Source: the human T2T-CHM13v2.0 reference genome, Homo sapiens. From it: a DNA stretch of 64,000 nt. A program made the translations under genes and the position numbers. How positions within the stretch are numbered: the stretch's first letter is position 1; each line of letters opens with the position of its first letter. The notes beneath the pieces were generated by a model that was not told where the DNA came from, made no database searches, and was given only the letters and a program-made list of their open reading frames with translations. Shown one piece after another: positions 36,416-50,636 of the stretch. The stretch lies in the NCBI RefSeq assembly GCF_009914755.1, contig NC_060930.1; one strand, given 5' to 3'.

Positions 36416-36473
36416 ACTGTAGCACACTAGTATTTATTTAATATACTGTGGCACACTAGTATTGATTTAATAT
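36416..36473. repeat. 29-bp tandem duplication (27/29 identical)
   Basis: actgtagcacactagtatttatttaatat / actgtggcacactagtattgatttaatat. Confidence 0.9.
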
Positions 36474-36589
36474 AATAACATGATCATGAAGAGATTTGGA
36501 AACATCTAAAATTTATCAGGAATAGATGTTAAGTATTCCATGCACCATGCTTCCAAATCTAATGGCTTATTTCTGCATCTGATACAGAA

Positions 36590-38500
36590 GACTTCTCATT
36601 CTTGAACATTTTTGGCTTCTCCTGGTTCCCTTCAACAATTCTGATCTTTGTTTTGTTTTGGTTTTATTTTGGTCGTCTCTTTGTCAGCCTAAATCTTAAA
36701 ACCCAAGTTCCCTAGAAAACAGTCTTTGACATGATGCTTTGTTTATGCTAATTATGCAATTTAATCAACTCTCCTACGTTTGATTACTGCTTACATGCTG
36801 ATGACTCATAAATATTTCTCTCCAGCTCAAACCTTGTTCTAAGTTTTCTCACTCATGGATCAAAATGTTGACTAATCATATCCCCTTGTGTTTTCAAATC
36901 TCCTCAAAATCAACATATCAGAAATTGAAACTCCTTCCTAAATGTGCCAACTTCCTTAATGTATAAGGTAAGGGCTTAAGCCTTACTTGTGGAAATCCAA
37001 CTCAGTTTACATCTAAAATGGGTTTTGAAATGTAAGTAAGAGTTAATCAAATGAAGATGGCATGAAATCCCATCATAGATCTAGGAAAATATGTGTGAGT
37101 TGGTGTTATTAAAATAGTGATGGAACATTGCCAAAAATGGCAGTATTAGTCATAAAAACTAGAAATTTACAAGTTATTCCATGGTCTCCTCTTTTCCAGT
37201 CTTTGTGTTCTGACATACACAATATCATGTTCCATAAATATTTTTTAGCACTTTTTTTTCTTTTCCAATTATTCCTTCCACTAGCATCTAGTCTGGATAA
37301 AAGCAATGGCCACTTATCTGGTTCTCCTGATGCCAGTCTTGTTTGTTCTTAAATGCATCCTCTAGGCTCTTTTTACTTTGTCCCTATAAAATACAAATCT
37401 GATCACATGTCTTCTCAGCCAATATTCTTCAATCATTTCACTTTTCCTGCAAGATGACATTCAAATTTCTATAGAAGTTGCCTTTGAGAATAAGTTCTCT
37501 TTTACTTTAACCCCTTAGTCTCCCTACTCTTCTATTTCCGCTGCTTTTCCCTTACTTTGTATTTAGTAATGCTAACCCACGTGTATTTTCCTGGACCCAC
37601 CAGTGAGTTTCACACCATCATGTCCTCATTTGTTTAACCCCTACTAATGTTTCAAACTCATTTTAAGTGTCAACTGAGATAGACTTCCTCAGGTAAGCAT
37701 TAATCCCTTCCCTCATCTGTCAGTACTTTCATCCTTATCCATTTCAGAGGCATTGATCTATACTCAGTGACTTAAACATTTGATCACTAATCTAAGGCCT
37801 TTCTCTAAATTATGGACCTCTATATCTAGCTTCCTACCTGATCTCTTCACTTGTGAATCTCAAAGGCAGCACAAATTCAGTGGGACCAATATATAATTGC
37901 TTCCACTGCTGATTATTTTCCAGTATTCCCCATGCGATGAATGTTACCACAATGTAGTAACTTTTACCAGTTGGAGAATTGGTAACCTTTTTTTTGTTGT
38001 TTTGTTTTTTTTTTCATTTTCTTCTCCTTCATTCTTTAAAAGTAATCCAACCAGTTTCTATAAATTTCATCTCCAATATATTCCTATTTCTTTCAAAGCT
38101 ATCATCACCTGTCACATGGGCTATGGGTTGTCTTCATCCACAATTTTCTTCCTTCTGTTTATTTCCAAGGCTGAAGCCAAAATGATACTTTGAAAGTTAA
38201 AATCTGATGGTATCAATCCTCTACTTACAATATTTCAATAACTTCTCATTACTTTTAGGGTAAAGGCAAATATTCTTAACAAAGCACATAGAACCTGGCC
38301 TTGGCCTTTAAATCTCCAATCTCTTCCTTGAAGACTGAAATGTTTTCTCCTACCCCAGGGATTTTCTATATTTTATATAGTTTTCTTCTCCTGCATTATT
38401 AATATCCCACCCCAACACACATATACACAGAAATGACTTGTAAACACTACTGTTTTAATATCAGGTCAATTATTTTCTCAATGACAGCATCTCTGGCTTG
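36590..38500 (+). mobile_element. Cluster of decayed L2 fragments
   Basis: atgctgatgactcataaatattt, ctcaaaatcaacatatcag, aaatctgatcacatgtc, ttaaaatctgatggtatc motifs. Confidence 0.55.
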
Positions 38501-41262
38501 GGCAAATCTTCATGTACAAAATAAAGATTGCTTGAGATTCATGAATCATAACCATCAGGATTTAACAATTTCCAGAAGGAACTGGAAAGAACTAGAGCTA
38601 GGTGAATTTCAAAAGGAAAAACAAGATTCCAAGTGGTGAGATTAAGCTGATGATTCAGTAAGAGTGAGGTTGACTTGAATAAAACTAGCACTATACTTCT
38701 AATCAACAAGGCTTAAGGGATAGTTTCAAATATACTTAATAGCATGTCAGCATTTTCTGCAATTAAAGATCTTTTTTTTCATGATGTCAAGGAGGTCACA
38801 TCTTTAGGGATCAGCTGAGTGGTTTTACATATATTATTATTTTATTATTGATAATGAATACACAGTAGTTCCCCTTTTATAAGATTTTACCTTTTCAGAT
38901 TTTACCTGTTTGGGGAATGTATTTGGGTTAAGAAAAGAAAAACAAATGTAATTTATCTTTAAAGAAAACATTTATTTCAAACATTCAAATTCTAGATGTT
39001 CCTCAGAAGGTCCAAAGATGATTTAATTTGTTTGAACTTCTTCAAAGATGTTTGTAACTTAACAATCTTGTGTAGGTATTAAAGTTTTTACAGTCTCCTA
39101 AATTCCTGCAATTACTTATGTGGTTTTAAGGATAATAGCTATGAAATATTTTCAAAATTTAAAGTCATTAATACCATCAAGTTTATTCATATAACACTAA
39201 AGTCAGTTAATTTAACATTTCGACAAGCAAAAAAAGGCAAAAATTTTAAGTGGAAATAACAATTTTGAAAATAGTCCTTGTACAAAATTTCATTGGAATA
39301 AGACAATTAAAATGTTTTAGATGTGCTAAGAATAGAATTAATCTCATGACAACAGAGTAATATAAGAGCACTTGTTGAAAAATAACATCTTATCCACTTA
39401 GTCAATTATTTACTCTAAGTATTTGTCATGCCAATACTATGTGAAAAACTCTGCATATGGTGCTGAGGAAAATAAGAAACTCCTGTTTCCAAGGAGCTAG
39501 TAAATGAACCTGGAAATGAAGCAACTATGAAACCATGTGGCAAGCTTTATAATCAATTTAAAGGCAATGCGTTTTAGGGGCAAAAATGACAGAATAATGC
39601 CTTAAATTCATACTCTCAGCAAGGTTTTTCTGTAGACTAAATAAATAGCATGAGTTGTACATGTGTTTGTGGCCAATTCTAAACATATATAGATATCCCT
39701 TTAATTAATAAAATTAATAATCTTTGAATAACACTTTAATTTTATATTTTTGAATAAACATATAAAAGTTAATGACTATCACAAAAGTCTATTAAACACA
39801 TACGTATATATGATTTGTTAATTTAATAACAAGTTGTCATAATAAAAGTAAATTTGAGGGCAATCATTGTGTCTCCTAAACTCTTTCATAAAATGCACAC
39901 ATTTTAAGTGAGAATGAGTAACCTAAGGGTAGCAAGTAGGTTTTAGCCTTGATTAACTGCTATAGACTGTCTGAAGTGCAGTAGCGAGAAGGATTCTAAA
40001 GATGTCTGGGCAAAGTGGAAAAGAATGTAGTTATTGATTATCTATATGTGCCAGGGGCACAAGAAAAAGGAATATTGACACACTATGCATGCCAATCCTG
40101 GAGTACGTTAACAGCATTAGATGTTACACAATTAGCCTCAAGAATAGAGAAACAGATGGAATGTTGTGCATTAAAGTTAAATGTTTTTTGGGAGACATAG
40201 ATTATAAACAGTTATTCAAAGATGAGCTACCCCAGTAGGACATACGTTTCAGATTGAGGTCAGCTCTTAAGCTTAAGGGAAAGAAGACATGGTTAGGGAG
40301 CAAAGGAATGGGACAGTGGAGCCCTACTCAGACCAACTCCATTTATACCTCTCCCTCTCTCTCTCTCTTTTTTTTTTTTTTCGCTGAAAATTATAAAGAG
40401 AAACAAACAAACAAAGTGTTTGAAAGTGGTATTGCTTTATGTTTAGATGGGGTTGATCTTCATGAGTCATTCTTTGGGGAAAATAATCAACCAAACAGTT
40501 TTTTACATAGACACCAGAGACCCATGATGACCACAGCTTTTAAGTTACAGAAGACTTTTCAAAACCAATAGAGGATAAACTAGTGTTTTGTGCAGTTATA
40601 TTCAAACAATCCTTAAAAACTGGGATAGCTGATAATCTCAAAGTAAGATCCCTGAAATGCTGATATCCACTGTGCAACATTAGTCTTAGCTTGGTAAGAT
40701 AACAAGGTTGATTTAATCGTTAATTGATACAATATGTTTGTGTTGAATACAAAATCAAATTACCACCAATAAGTAAAATGGTAGGACTTATTTTTAGAGT
40801 AAATTTTTTTTACCTCGGTACAGTCTAGCAAGCCTGACATTTCCTGTCTCCTATGTCTTCTTTGCTCTTGTTTTCAGTCCTTTCTCTCATGCATTTTTAT
40901 GCATGCAAAATTGAAGCTAACAGACATATTCTTCCCCCTTGCTTTGTTTCCATAAATGTATGTGTGTGAGAGAGAGATCATATACACATACACACACACA
41001 AAAAAAACACACACACACACACATCAAGGCATTTCTAAAATTCAGAAGGGGTATGCATCAAGTTAGGAATAACAAATGTCCAAAGTAAAATTATGATATC
41101 CATTTCAAAGCTTTCTTCAATTGCTGCATAGTGATCTGAAAGTCAGGAATAACTTATTGATGACCTCACTAACATCAATTTTCATGCCAGTATGGATATC
41201 TGTTGGCAATGAAACATTGTACGTTCTAAGAACGAAGACATAGCTATATATCTACATGTATT

Positions 41263-41278
41263 TATCTATCTATCTATC

Positions 41279-41320
<42 letters not shown>
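41263..41320. repeat. (TATC)4 ATC (TATC)9 tetranucleotide STR
   Basis: Direct count. Confidence 0.92.
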
Positions 41321-41934
41321 ATCTCCATCTAGGCATGTTTGTCTGTCTTGGTATTCTTTTAAGCTCAAACATAGCTTTTTATATTAGGAATAAATCTACT
41401 ACTTGGTTACCTTTAATATTTCTTTCTTAAATAATTTAATAATTTTAGCAGAAGTGAACCTATATGGCTGTTTTTCTTTTATAAAAAATTTCTTGATTTC
41501 ATTCTATTGCCATAACATAGTATAAAAAGTGGTTATTACAAACAGTTTTTCTTATTCAGCAAGTGAGAATATTTATCATTTAGTTAACTGGTCAAATGTC
41601 ACTTAGTAAATGAAATTGTCCTAATGAAAATTCACACATCTTAGGAACATATACATTTCTTATTTCTTTTCTTTTTTCTTTGATCCCCCCACTTCTTACG
41701 TACCTCTTCATTTCTCCACCAAAATTGTGGCAAAACAAACTAAGCACATTTTATTTCTATGGTTATCTAGTGAATTTCATAAGTTGGGTGATAGTCCTTT
41801 TAAGTTGAGGAGACTGATTATTCTGTTTTTGTTTGTTTGTTTGTTTGTTTTTTGCTTCAACTCACTCTAAAATTTTCTATCAAAATCTTTTCAAGCAAAA
41901 CAGAACACAGTATGATAAAGAAATTTATATTTGT

Positions 41935-42590
41935 CATTATTTATTTTTCCAGGTTTATTGAGATATAATTGGCAAAAAATTTATAATATGATAACTGGAT
42001 GCCCATATATATAGTTATATGATTAAAATTACATTAATTAACACATGCATCATCTCACATAGGTACCATTTGTGTGTGTGTGTGTGTATGTATAGTGAGA
42101 GCATAAGATTTACCCTCATAGCAAATTTCAAGTATATAGTACAATATTATTAATTATAGTCACTATGCTATATATTAGATCCCCAGATCTTATTCATCTT
42201 ATAACTGAGAGTGTGTATCTTTTGACCAACATCTCCCCATTTTCTCCACTGCCCTCCCTCTCCCAGACCCTGGTAACTACACATTTTATTCTCTTTCTAT
42301 GGGATCAACTTTTTAAGACTCCACATACAGGCGACATCATACAGTATTTGTCTTGCTGTGTCTGGCTTATTTCATTTAGCATAATGTCCTCCAGGTTCAT
42401 CCATGTCATTGCAAATGGCAGGATTTCCTTCTTTTTTGTGACTGAATAATATTTCATTCTCTCTCTCTTTCTCTGTGTGTATATGAAATATTTTCTTCTT
42501 TATTCATTTGTCAGCACTTAGGTTATTTCCATACCTTGGCAATTATTAATAATACTGTGGTGAACATGGAGTGCAGATATTTCTTCTGAA
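41935..42590 (-). mobile_element. L1MA8/9-like 3' fragment
   Basis: tttattgagatataattg...agcaaatttcaagtata...tagatccccagatcttattcatcttataactg. Confidence 0.82.
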
Positions 42591-43224
42591 ATCTATATCC
42601 TTGGAAGGAAAAATAAAAACCAAGTCTTCTATTTACTTCAACAAGGATGAAGAAAGCTTCGCTAGTAGCAAAGAATGTGGTGGAAAGCCCAGAGTAATGA
42701 AGCAGTGGAAAGATGAGGAATTAATGAAATGGCAACAGAAAGTGAATGGTAAAGACTCTACTGTAAAAAATATTTGTCCAAATTTGGCCATTAATTGGGT
42801 TTGGAACAAGGAAATATACGGGATTAAAAATGACTTTGAGGTCTCATGCTAGAGTATCCAGCAAAACACTTAGACTTTTGTTGTAAATAAGGAGAAAAAG
42901 ATAATTTTGTAGAGAGATTTCAGTTTAGATAAAACCCATAATTAGTTCACCTAAATGTGGTCACCCATGAAAAGAAACACAAATCTAAGGCCGGAAGATT
43001 CAGGACTCTTAAAGACCTCTAGCTAATCAGAATATCGTAAAACCTCTATAATATCACTACTCATCTGTTATGGTTTAAATGTATTCCTGAAAGTTGCCCA
43101 AAAACCCATTTATCTCTCCTCTCACAAACTCCTCCATATTTTAGAGCAATCAGTTGCTTCAGTTTGTGTTAGTTGGAGTTTGGAATTTGGGTTAAAAATT
43201 TCAAATTTGATTAAAGGAGACAAT

Positions 43225-43445
43225 AGATAAGTAAGCCTTATAGTACTTGCTATATCTTGATCCCCTTTCTAAACACTTTACATATATTAACTCCTTGGTT
43301 TTCAAAACAACTGTGTAAGTTATTTGCTATCATTTACCCATGTTATAGATGAGAAAACAGGCATAAAGAATTTACATACTCAAGGTAACTCAGTAAGTAG
43401 TAGAGCTGGAATTCAGCCTGATTTCAGAAAGCCCACTTTTAACCA
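43225..43445 (-). mobile_element. MIR
   Basis: cccatgttatagatgagaaaacagg...agtagagctggaattc. Confidence 0.7.
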
Positions 43446-44349
43446 CAACCTAGAGGGTCTCTAAGGACTGCAGTAGCGTTGCTTATTCATGGAAAAGGAA
43501 ATTTGGTGATAACTTGAGGAGTCAAACCATATCCCCAGCATTTCTTATGTTGAGAGGACACAAGACATGGTCAATTTTCATGGCTCTAAAACGTAGAACA
43601 TTAATTGCATGCCTGCTTCCCTTCTCAGTCTATTTAATTAATAAAGGAAATATCTAATTAGTGCCTAGAAGCTTTGCTGGTCTATTTGCTTTGCTAGATT
43701 AGGGAATAGGGTTTAACTATTCCAGAATAGTAGAAATTGATCTCATACTCTCTTAACACAAAATTTACTTTGTATTCCACATTGTGCTGAAAAAAATATA
43801 AGGGAGTGTCTTTATTCTCTGAAGCTCAAAGGTACTTAAATGAAAAATATATAGACAATTTTGAAACAGCTGGTTGTCATGGAATTGAGCTTGAGTCTTC
43901 AATGCCTGATTCTAAACCTTGAATTTAACTACTAGAGCCGCAGTATGATTATAATAATGAGTCAAACTAACTAATGAAAAATGGCATCCTGTTCACATAC
44001 ACACTCTAACTTTGGTCTTTTTATTTACTTTGTCTGTGGAGTAGAATGTTAGACACTGGGAAAAGAAATTCCTTCAATTGGGAAATCACAATTACAAAAG
44101 AATAAAAAATATGTCACCACATTTATGAATTGAATATAAATTACAGAATAACTCTGCGTACACTGTGTAATTTGATTTTCCTAATCATTCTTTCAAATAG
44201 ATAAAATATATTATATCATCTTGGTTTTAGGAAGGAATAAAATAAACTCAAATTTAGGTGACTTACCCAAGTTGATAAAGCTAAGTTGGATATAATTCAA
44301 GTCTCCTGCATCCAATTCCTGTGCACCTTTGACTATTGCCTTAAAATTT

Positions 44350-44700
44350 TTAATTAGGATAAGCAGTAACAGAGTAACCACCAAATCTCAGTAGCTGGAA
44401 CCTACAAGGCTCCTTTCTCACTTGCGCTTACATGGCCTTCTGGATTGGCACAGTGTCCTACTGGACATGGGGACCCTGGCTGAAGGAGCTTCTCCACCTT
44501 GTGGCTATGGCATCTGGAACTTGATGTGTCCTCAGTTGCTGATACAGGGGTAGAGGGCATTGAAGGGTCTCAAACCAGCAATTAAATGTTTCATCAGTTC
44601 TGCTCACAAACCATTATCCAGAAATAGTCACATGGTGGAAAATCTCATTCCTCTGTGGAACCAGAAAGGGAGGAGAATTGGATGTGGGTAAGCATTAGGA
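44350..44700 (-). mobile_element. Old MLT1 (J/K/L-like) LTR fragment
   Basis: ccaaatctcagtagct...gggaccctggctgaaggagc...agaaatagtcacatgg. Confidence 0.6.
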
Positions 44701-45254
44701 GCCTTCTTTCAAGATGACCTTGGATGACTAATAATCAAAGGTATGCAAATGAGCATTAAAAACCCTTATGAAATGATTCCCCATAGCAGGGCTTTCTGCA
44801 ATTAATTTCTATTTCTATGACAGGAATGCCAGAACTAAGAAATAAAAAACCCTTTAGAGTAGATACAAAACACATCAAGCATGCTAGCCACCTTTAAAGT
44901 GCAAACAGCCTGAAAGGCAGCCAGCTAAAACCTTCCTTACACTCTGAAAACAGTAGCCTGTATTGCTCTGAGATTACAGACAATTCTTATTTAGGGACTG
45001 GTCTTTTAGGTGCATCTAACTGAATGTCAAAAAAGAGAGAAAAAATAAATATATTCCTTTTTTGCTTTTAGTTAATTAATTAAATTTTTTCCTGAGAGCA
45101 AGACATTACAAATTCCAAGATCTACTGTGAAGTATTGTGATACTTCAGACAGGTAGGGCTGTGATTATTAATCAGTATTGCCTTGAACTCAGGAAACCTG
45201 AGAGAGTAGCTAGGTAAATGACCTGGACCATTTTATATCTTGGAAATCCAAGAG

Positions 45255-45470
45255 ACAGTGTGATTTAGTGGAAAAAGAGTGATCTGTAGGTCAAATGTCC
45301 TTGCTCTGGTTCTTGATTATGCCATTCACTGAGCCTCAGGCTGGCCAACTACAAAAAAGACAGAATATTAACACTTTACCTACTGGGTAACTGTGAGCCA
45401 CCAATGTGATAGTTTTTATGAAAGCACTCTCTAGGCTGTAAAGAACCAAAAATACCTTAGTTGTTATTGG
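45255..45470 (+). mobile_element. MIR
   Basis: cagtgtgatttagtggaaaaag...ctgagcctcagg...atgaaagcactct. Confidence 0.6.
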
Positions 45471-45594
45471 AAATGTTTGAGGTTTATATAAATTTTAAAA
45501 AGACTAAATTTCATGACACACAGGAACCACCATCTGACCATTAAAAATGTGGCCATAGGAACTTTAGCCTTCAGTTTCTTCATTTCCTATTTCT

Positions 45595-45672
45595 TACTGC
45601 TGGCACATTAAATGCAAGACTTGCATACAGGAAGGGAGAACGGGATATACTGCATTTAATGTGCCAGCAGTA
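45595..45672. repeat. Perfect 22-bp inverted repeat with 34-nt spacer
   Basis: tactgctggcacattaaatgca (45595-45616) is the exact reverse complement of 45651-45672. Confidence 0.97.
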
Positions 45673-46439
45673 GAGCTTATTTTATGATTAGGAGCAATGA
45701 TCACTTTTAGAAATATATTTTTAAAGCTTATTTTGCATGATCAGCAAATAAACCATATATTCAGTTAAAAATAAATTAAAAAAAAGAAGCTTTAAGCTTT
45801 TAAGCAAGATGAAAAGATAGAATAGTTAATTTTTTTTTGTCCTGAAAGATTTGCCTATAAAGACATTTCATATGATCAGTGTGATGAGACTTAATCCATT
45901 TTAAGAAAGATATAGTCTTCATGTTTGCCTCTAGCAAGTAAGATAAACTCCTTTTAACAAAATTCTGTAAATCTGAGATCCTGCTATTTTAACTGCTAAG
46001 GTGAACTTGATCAAATTAATGAATAACTTGGTCAAATAAATGAAGACACTATTAGTTCCTTGAATGTAAATCTCTACTGCTTAAAACATGTGGCCAGTGT
46101 TGCAAAGCAATATGCGCATGCTGCTTGCCACGGTACTCGTATTTTATTCAAGCTAGCAGATTGAGAAATAGATGTTAAAACTGTATTTTTTGTTACAATC
46201 ACTGCTTTACATATATGAATTCCTTCTAAAATCCAGTCCTCACCTTTACATTTTATTTAGAGCCAGAATTTTTACTGTGTCATTTTAAACTGCTTAAGCA
46301 GAGGGTTAGAGAGCTCCTGAAAAGAAAGTCATTCTTTCTATAGTTACTCTCCGGCACACTTATTCAAATATTTCTAAATGGGTAGCCTAACATGAGCAAA
46401 AACTCAACTTTGCTATATCTCTTTCCTCTCAACTATATA

Positions 46440-47000
46440 TGTTTGTTCATTTATTCATTTAACATATATTTATTGAAACCCATCTTTGCTAGGCACTCTT
46501 CCAGATGCTAGGAATAAAGCACAGTAACAGGACAGAAAGTGCCTTTGGGTTTAGGGGACCCTTGACATATGGAAGCCCTCTCTGAGGAGTTGGTAGTAAG
46601 CAGAGACCTAAATCACTCAGCCAAACAAAATTGGAAGTGTAAATTGGGAACACAAATTTCATTTGTGTCTGGAAGGAGAAAGTTTCAGGCACAAACATAG
46701 AAACCCAAGGTAGGAATGGCCTTGGTGTGTTGAAAGAGAAGTAAATGTGGCTATCCTAGGGTGAGGAAGTTAAAGAAGGGTTCCAAACATAGGTCCTGGA
46801 AGTCCTCATAGGTCAGAATGAAAATTGTGGATTCACCTTTAGACGTGGTAGCAGCCGTTTGAGGTTTGGGAATAGGGGAAACGTATGAGAGACTAAGTTT
46901 ATGTTTTAAGGACCACACTTGCTGCAGCCTAAAGAATAGACTAAAATAAATTAGTGCACACACAGGGACATGAGTTAGGAGAAAACTGAAGCAAGTCAGA
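46440..47000 (-). mobile_element. L2 3' end
   Basis: ttcatttattcatttaacatatatttattga...ctaggcactcttccagatgctagg. Confidence 0.75.
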
Positions 47001-47074
47001 AGCCCTCCCCTATCTATCTGAGATTCAATTATTGGTATTTATGGGAAGATTGATAATACTAAATTAACTGAAGA

Positions 47075-47330
47075 CTGGAAACTCCAAAAACCTAGTTTTG
47101 ATATCACTGAGCTTTGTGACTTTATTTGGTTATTTGTTTAATATTCCTTGAGAGAGTTGATAAATTCCAAAATCTTTAAGGTCTCAGCTCCACTTATCAG
47201 TAAAATATGATAGTTATGCTCCCTTCCATATGCAATGGTGGCAAGATCAAAGGAGGTAATGTGTAATAAAAGCACCGGGTAAACCATAAACTTCAAAGCA
47301 TGATGCTTTATAAATGTTGGGCATTATTAT
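47075..47330 (+). mobile_element. MIR
   Basis: gtctcagctccacttatcagtaaaatatga core. Confidence 0.55.
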
Positions 47331-48665
47331 GCATAACTATTGGTCTTGATTTGATTTTCAGTTAAAAAAAACCCTGTTTTCTCTAGATTGGTCAAAGAGG
47401 AGCCAAGCAACATTCCAGATTACTTGAAATCTTGCTAACTAGTACCCCTAGTAAAGTAGGTAGACTCAGAAGATGACCATTTGAGATTTTTTTCTAGAAA
47501 GTGAGTTCTTCCTTGAAATTCAAGAGGCATAAAATTGACCTATTTGAAATACTTATAGCTGTTGGGGTAGCTTTTAAAAATGTCTCTGTGAAATGTCAGA
47601 GTTGTCATTATGAAAGTGAGCCATGGTGGTTTAGTAGACTATGACAAAGCTGCATCTCGGGATATGAACACACCCATGCATAGTGGATATTATTCCTGGG
47701 CACCCTGACCTCTTATTGAGACCAGCTGAAAAGAAAAAGGATATGGTGCTTTGATTTTTGTAGAATTTAATCCCTTTTTTTAGTGAATGGAAAACCAACC
47801 AGATATCTCCCACAATCTCCCTGTCTTTTATTTTATTTATTGCCCAGCCTCCTTTTTTCCATTATATTGAAAATATTAAGGCCTATAGAAAATATTAAGG
47901 CCTAGAATTGACTTGACTAGACAAGGAGTTCTAGTCTGTCCTTGTGAGTTTTAGTCTATTAGGGTCCTTTGCTCTGTATTGACTAATTGTTTTCTTATGA
48001 TTAGATTCAGTTACTCTCCAAGCTCTTCACTCAAATCTTGCCAAGATTTTCTGAGGGATGACTCCACAACCAAAACCTTTCTTTTCAGAAGCAAATGGAG
48101 GTGAGGAAGGGTAAAAGGAGAAATCCCTTTTGAAAATGTTGCCCTTCATTCCCAAAAAGACTTTTTCAGCTAGCATCACAGCACATTATTTATAATCACA
48201 ACTGGCATTTATAAATACTTAGATTTTACAAAATTTTTAAAATATATTATCTGTTAAAAAATACTCTCTCTCACACAAACACACTCACACAAAATGAAAG
48301 ATCTAACATCATTTTGTGATGCAGAAACTGAAGTACATATACAAAAGTATATCATAGAACCAGGAAATTAACCTTTCAATTTTAATTCCAATTTTTTTCT
48401 ACTGATTCATAGTTGCTTAGAAAAAGTGTTAGTATAATCTTGCAAATGTATACCCACAAGTAATTTAATAATTTACATACAGGCATATCTGCCCTGATGG
48501 AGATTAGGCACGTAGAGGAAAAGAGAGTTCGGAAGCTGGTTGTGCCTGAGTTAGAATCCCCATGCTCTTTCGCTTACTAGCCCTTCAACAAGTGCTTATT
48601 TATTCAACAAATATTTATTGATCATATATCAAGTGACAGACAATGTCCTAGAAAAATGTGTTAGA

Positions 48666-48983
48666 GGCCGGGTGCGACGGCTCATGCCTGTAATCCCAGC
48701 ACTTTGGGAGGCCGATGCGGGTGGATCACGAGGTCAGGAGATCAAGACCATCCTGGCTAACACGGTGAAATCCCCTCTCTACTAAAAATACAAAAAAAAA
48801 AAAAAAAAATTAACCGGGCGTGGTGGCAGTCACCTGTAGTCCCTGCTACTCGGGAGGCTGAGGCAGGAGAATGCGTGAACCCAGGAGGCAGAGTTCGCAG
48901 TGAGCCGAGATTGCGCCACTGCACTCCAGCCTGGGCGACAGAGCAAGACTCTATCTCAAAAGAAGAAAAAAAGAAAAAGAAAA
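48666..48983 (+). mobile_element. AluY, full length
   Basis: ggatcacgaggtcaggagatc/ctggctaacacgg diagnostics; 16-bp TSD agaaaaatgtgttaga at 48650-48665 and 48984-48999. Confidence 0.95.
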
Positions 48984-49771
48984 AGAAAAATGTGTTAGAA
49001 ATGGCTGTTTTTCATGGTCTGGATGAGAAAACCAGGAAAGAGAGGCAGATACCTAAGTTTACAAAGTGGACTTAGAAGAAGAGATACATATAAATTCTAT
49101 TTTAATTATCTGTCTCTTATGTCAAACTGTGCTCCTACTGGTAATAAGTATACTAATTTTATTTGTTTAAAGAACATTACTTTTGTAAAATATTATTTCT
49201 AGAGAAGAGCTTATAATTTATTTAAATAAAGATATATCCCAAATGGATAATATAGGTTGTGAGATGTTTGAACCCAGCTGTTGGATGTTCAAAAATCTAT
49301 AATACTGATATCTAAAGAAGCCTAGAGAACAAACAATACAACTGGACAGAATTTAGAGAAATAAGGCAGGAAATAAAAAGGGTATTTTTAACAGAAAATA
49401 TATTAGGGGTGACTAATAACTTGTGCATGCACATTCAGAACATTGCAAATATTACATATGTACAAAGGAATTATTGCTAAAGAAAAGTAAAAGCTATAGA
49501 AACCCATGTAAAATACATGCAAGAATTATTCTTCATAAATTAAAGATGTCAAACACCAAGAAATGGGAAATAAATTGTAAAATTATGTTGATAAAATATT
49601 CCACATTATAATCAAAGAAAGTACAAAAAAGTTAAATGTGGTTAATTAAATAGTAAAATCAAGATGTGACATATGCCAACATAAAGTAAATTAAATAGTA
49701 AGATTTATCTCCCAAAAAACTGAAAACAACTTATTGAAGAGAATTAGTTAAATAGTCCTTAAGAGAAATGA

Positions 49772-50118
<347 letters not shown>

Positions 50119-50561
50119 TCAACTGATCATTTAATGTTTAAATATTTTTATATTTAATGCACATTAATGGTATGTTTATTTTCTTGGATATAAAGCTGTG
50201 TGTCAAAGATTTTTAAAACTTACTATATAAGTATATGTAAGTAGTTAATAGAAAACATCATTTTTGTTGTTTTTGCAGCATCTTTTTCCACATGTGTAGT
50301 TTAGCATTTTTTTGAATTAAAGAGGTAGCACAGATAAAATGCACACACCGAGATTTAATAATAATGTATTCTTTCCCCACTGTGTATGTTACCAGACCCA
50401 TGAATCATCTATGTTTATTTCTATACAAGGAAACACCTATGATTCAAGTCCATTAAAAGTGGTCAACAGAAAAAAAAAATTTAGGGTGAAGAAATAACAT
50501 TTTGAATTGTACATATTTCTATTCCCATAACACCTCAGAATTTGGGCACAATCTACAAATA

Positions 50562-50636
50562 AATAGATGGATAGAGGCAGATTATGATAGATAGAAAGAT
50601 GATAGATGATAGATAGATAGATAGACAGACAGATAG
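50562..50636. repeat. Imperfect (GATA)n/(GACA)n
   Basis: Direct reading. Confidence 0.8.

Noticed and set aside
46004-46045. 21-bp imperfect tandem repeat
   Set aside because: 18/21 identity; ordinary slippage duplication
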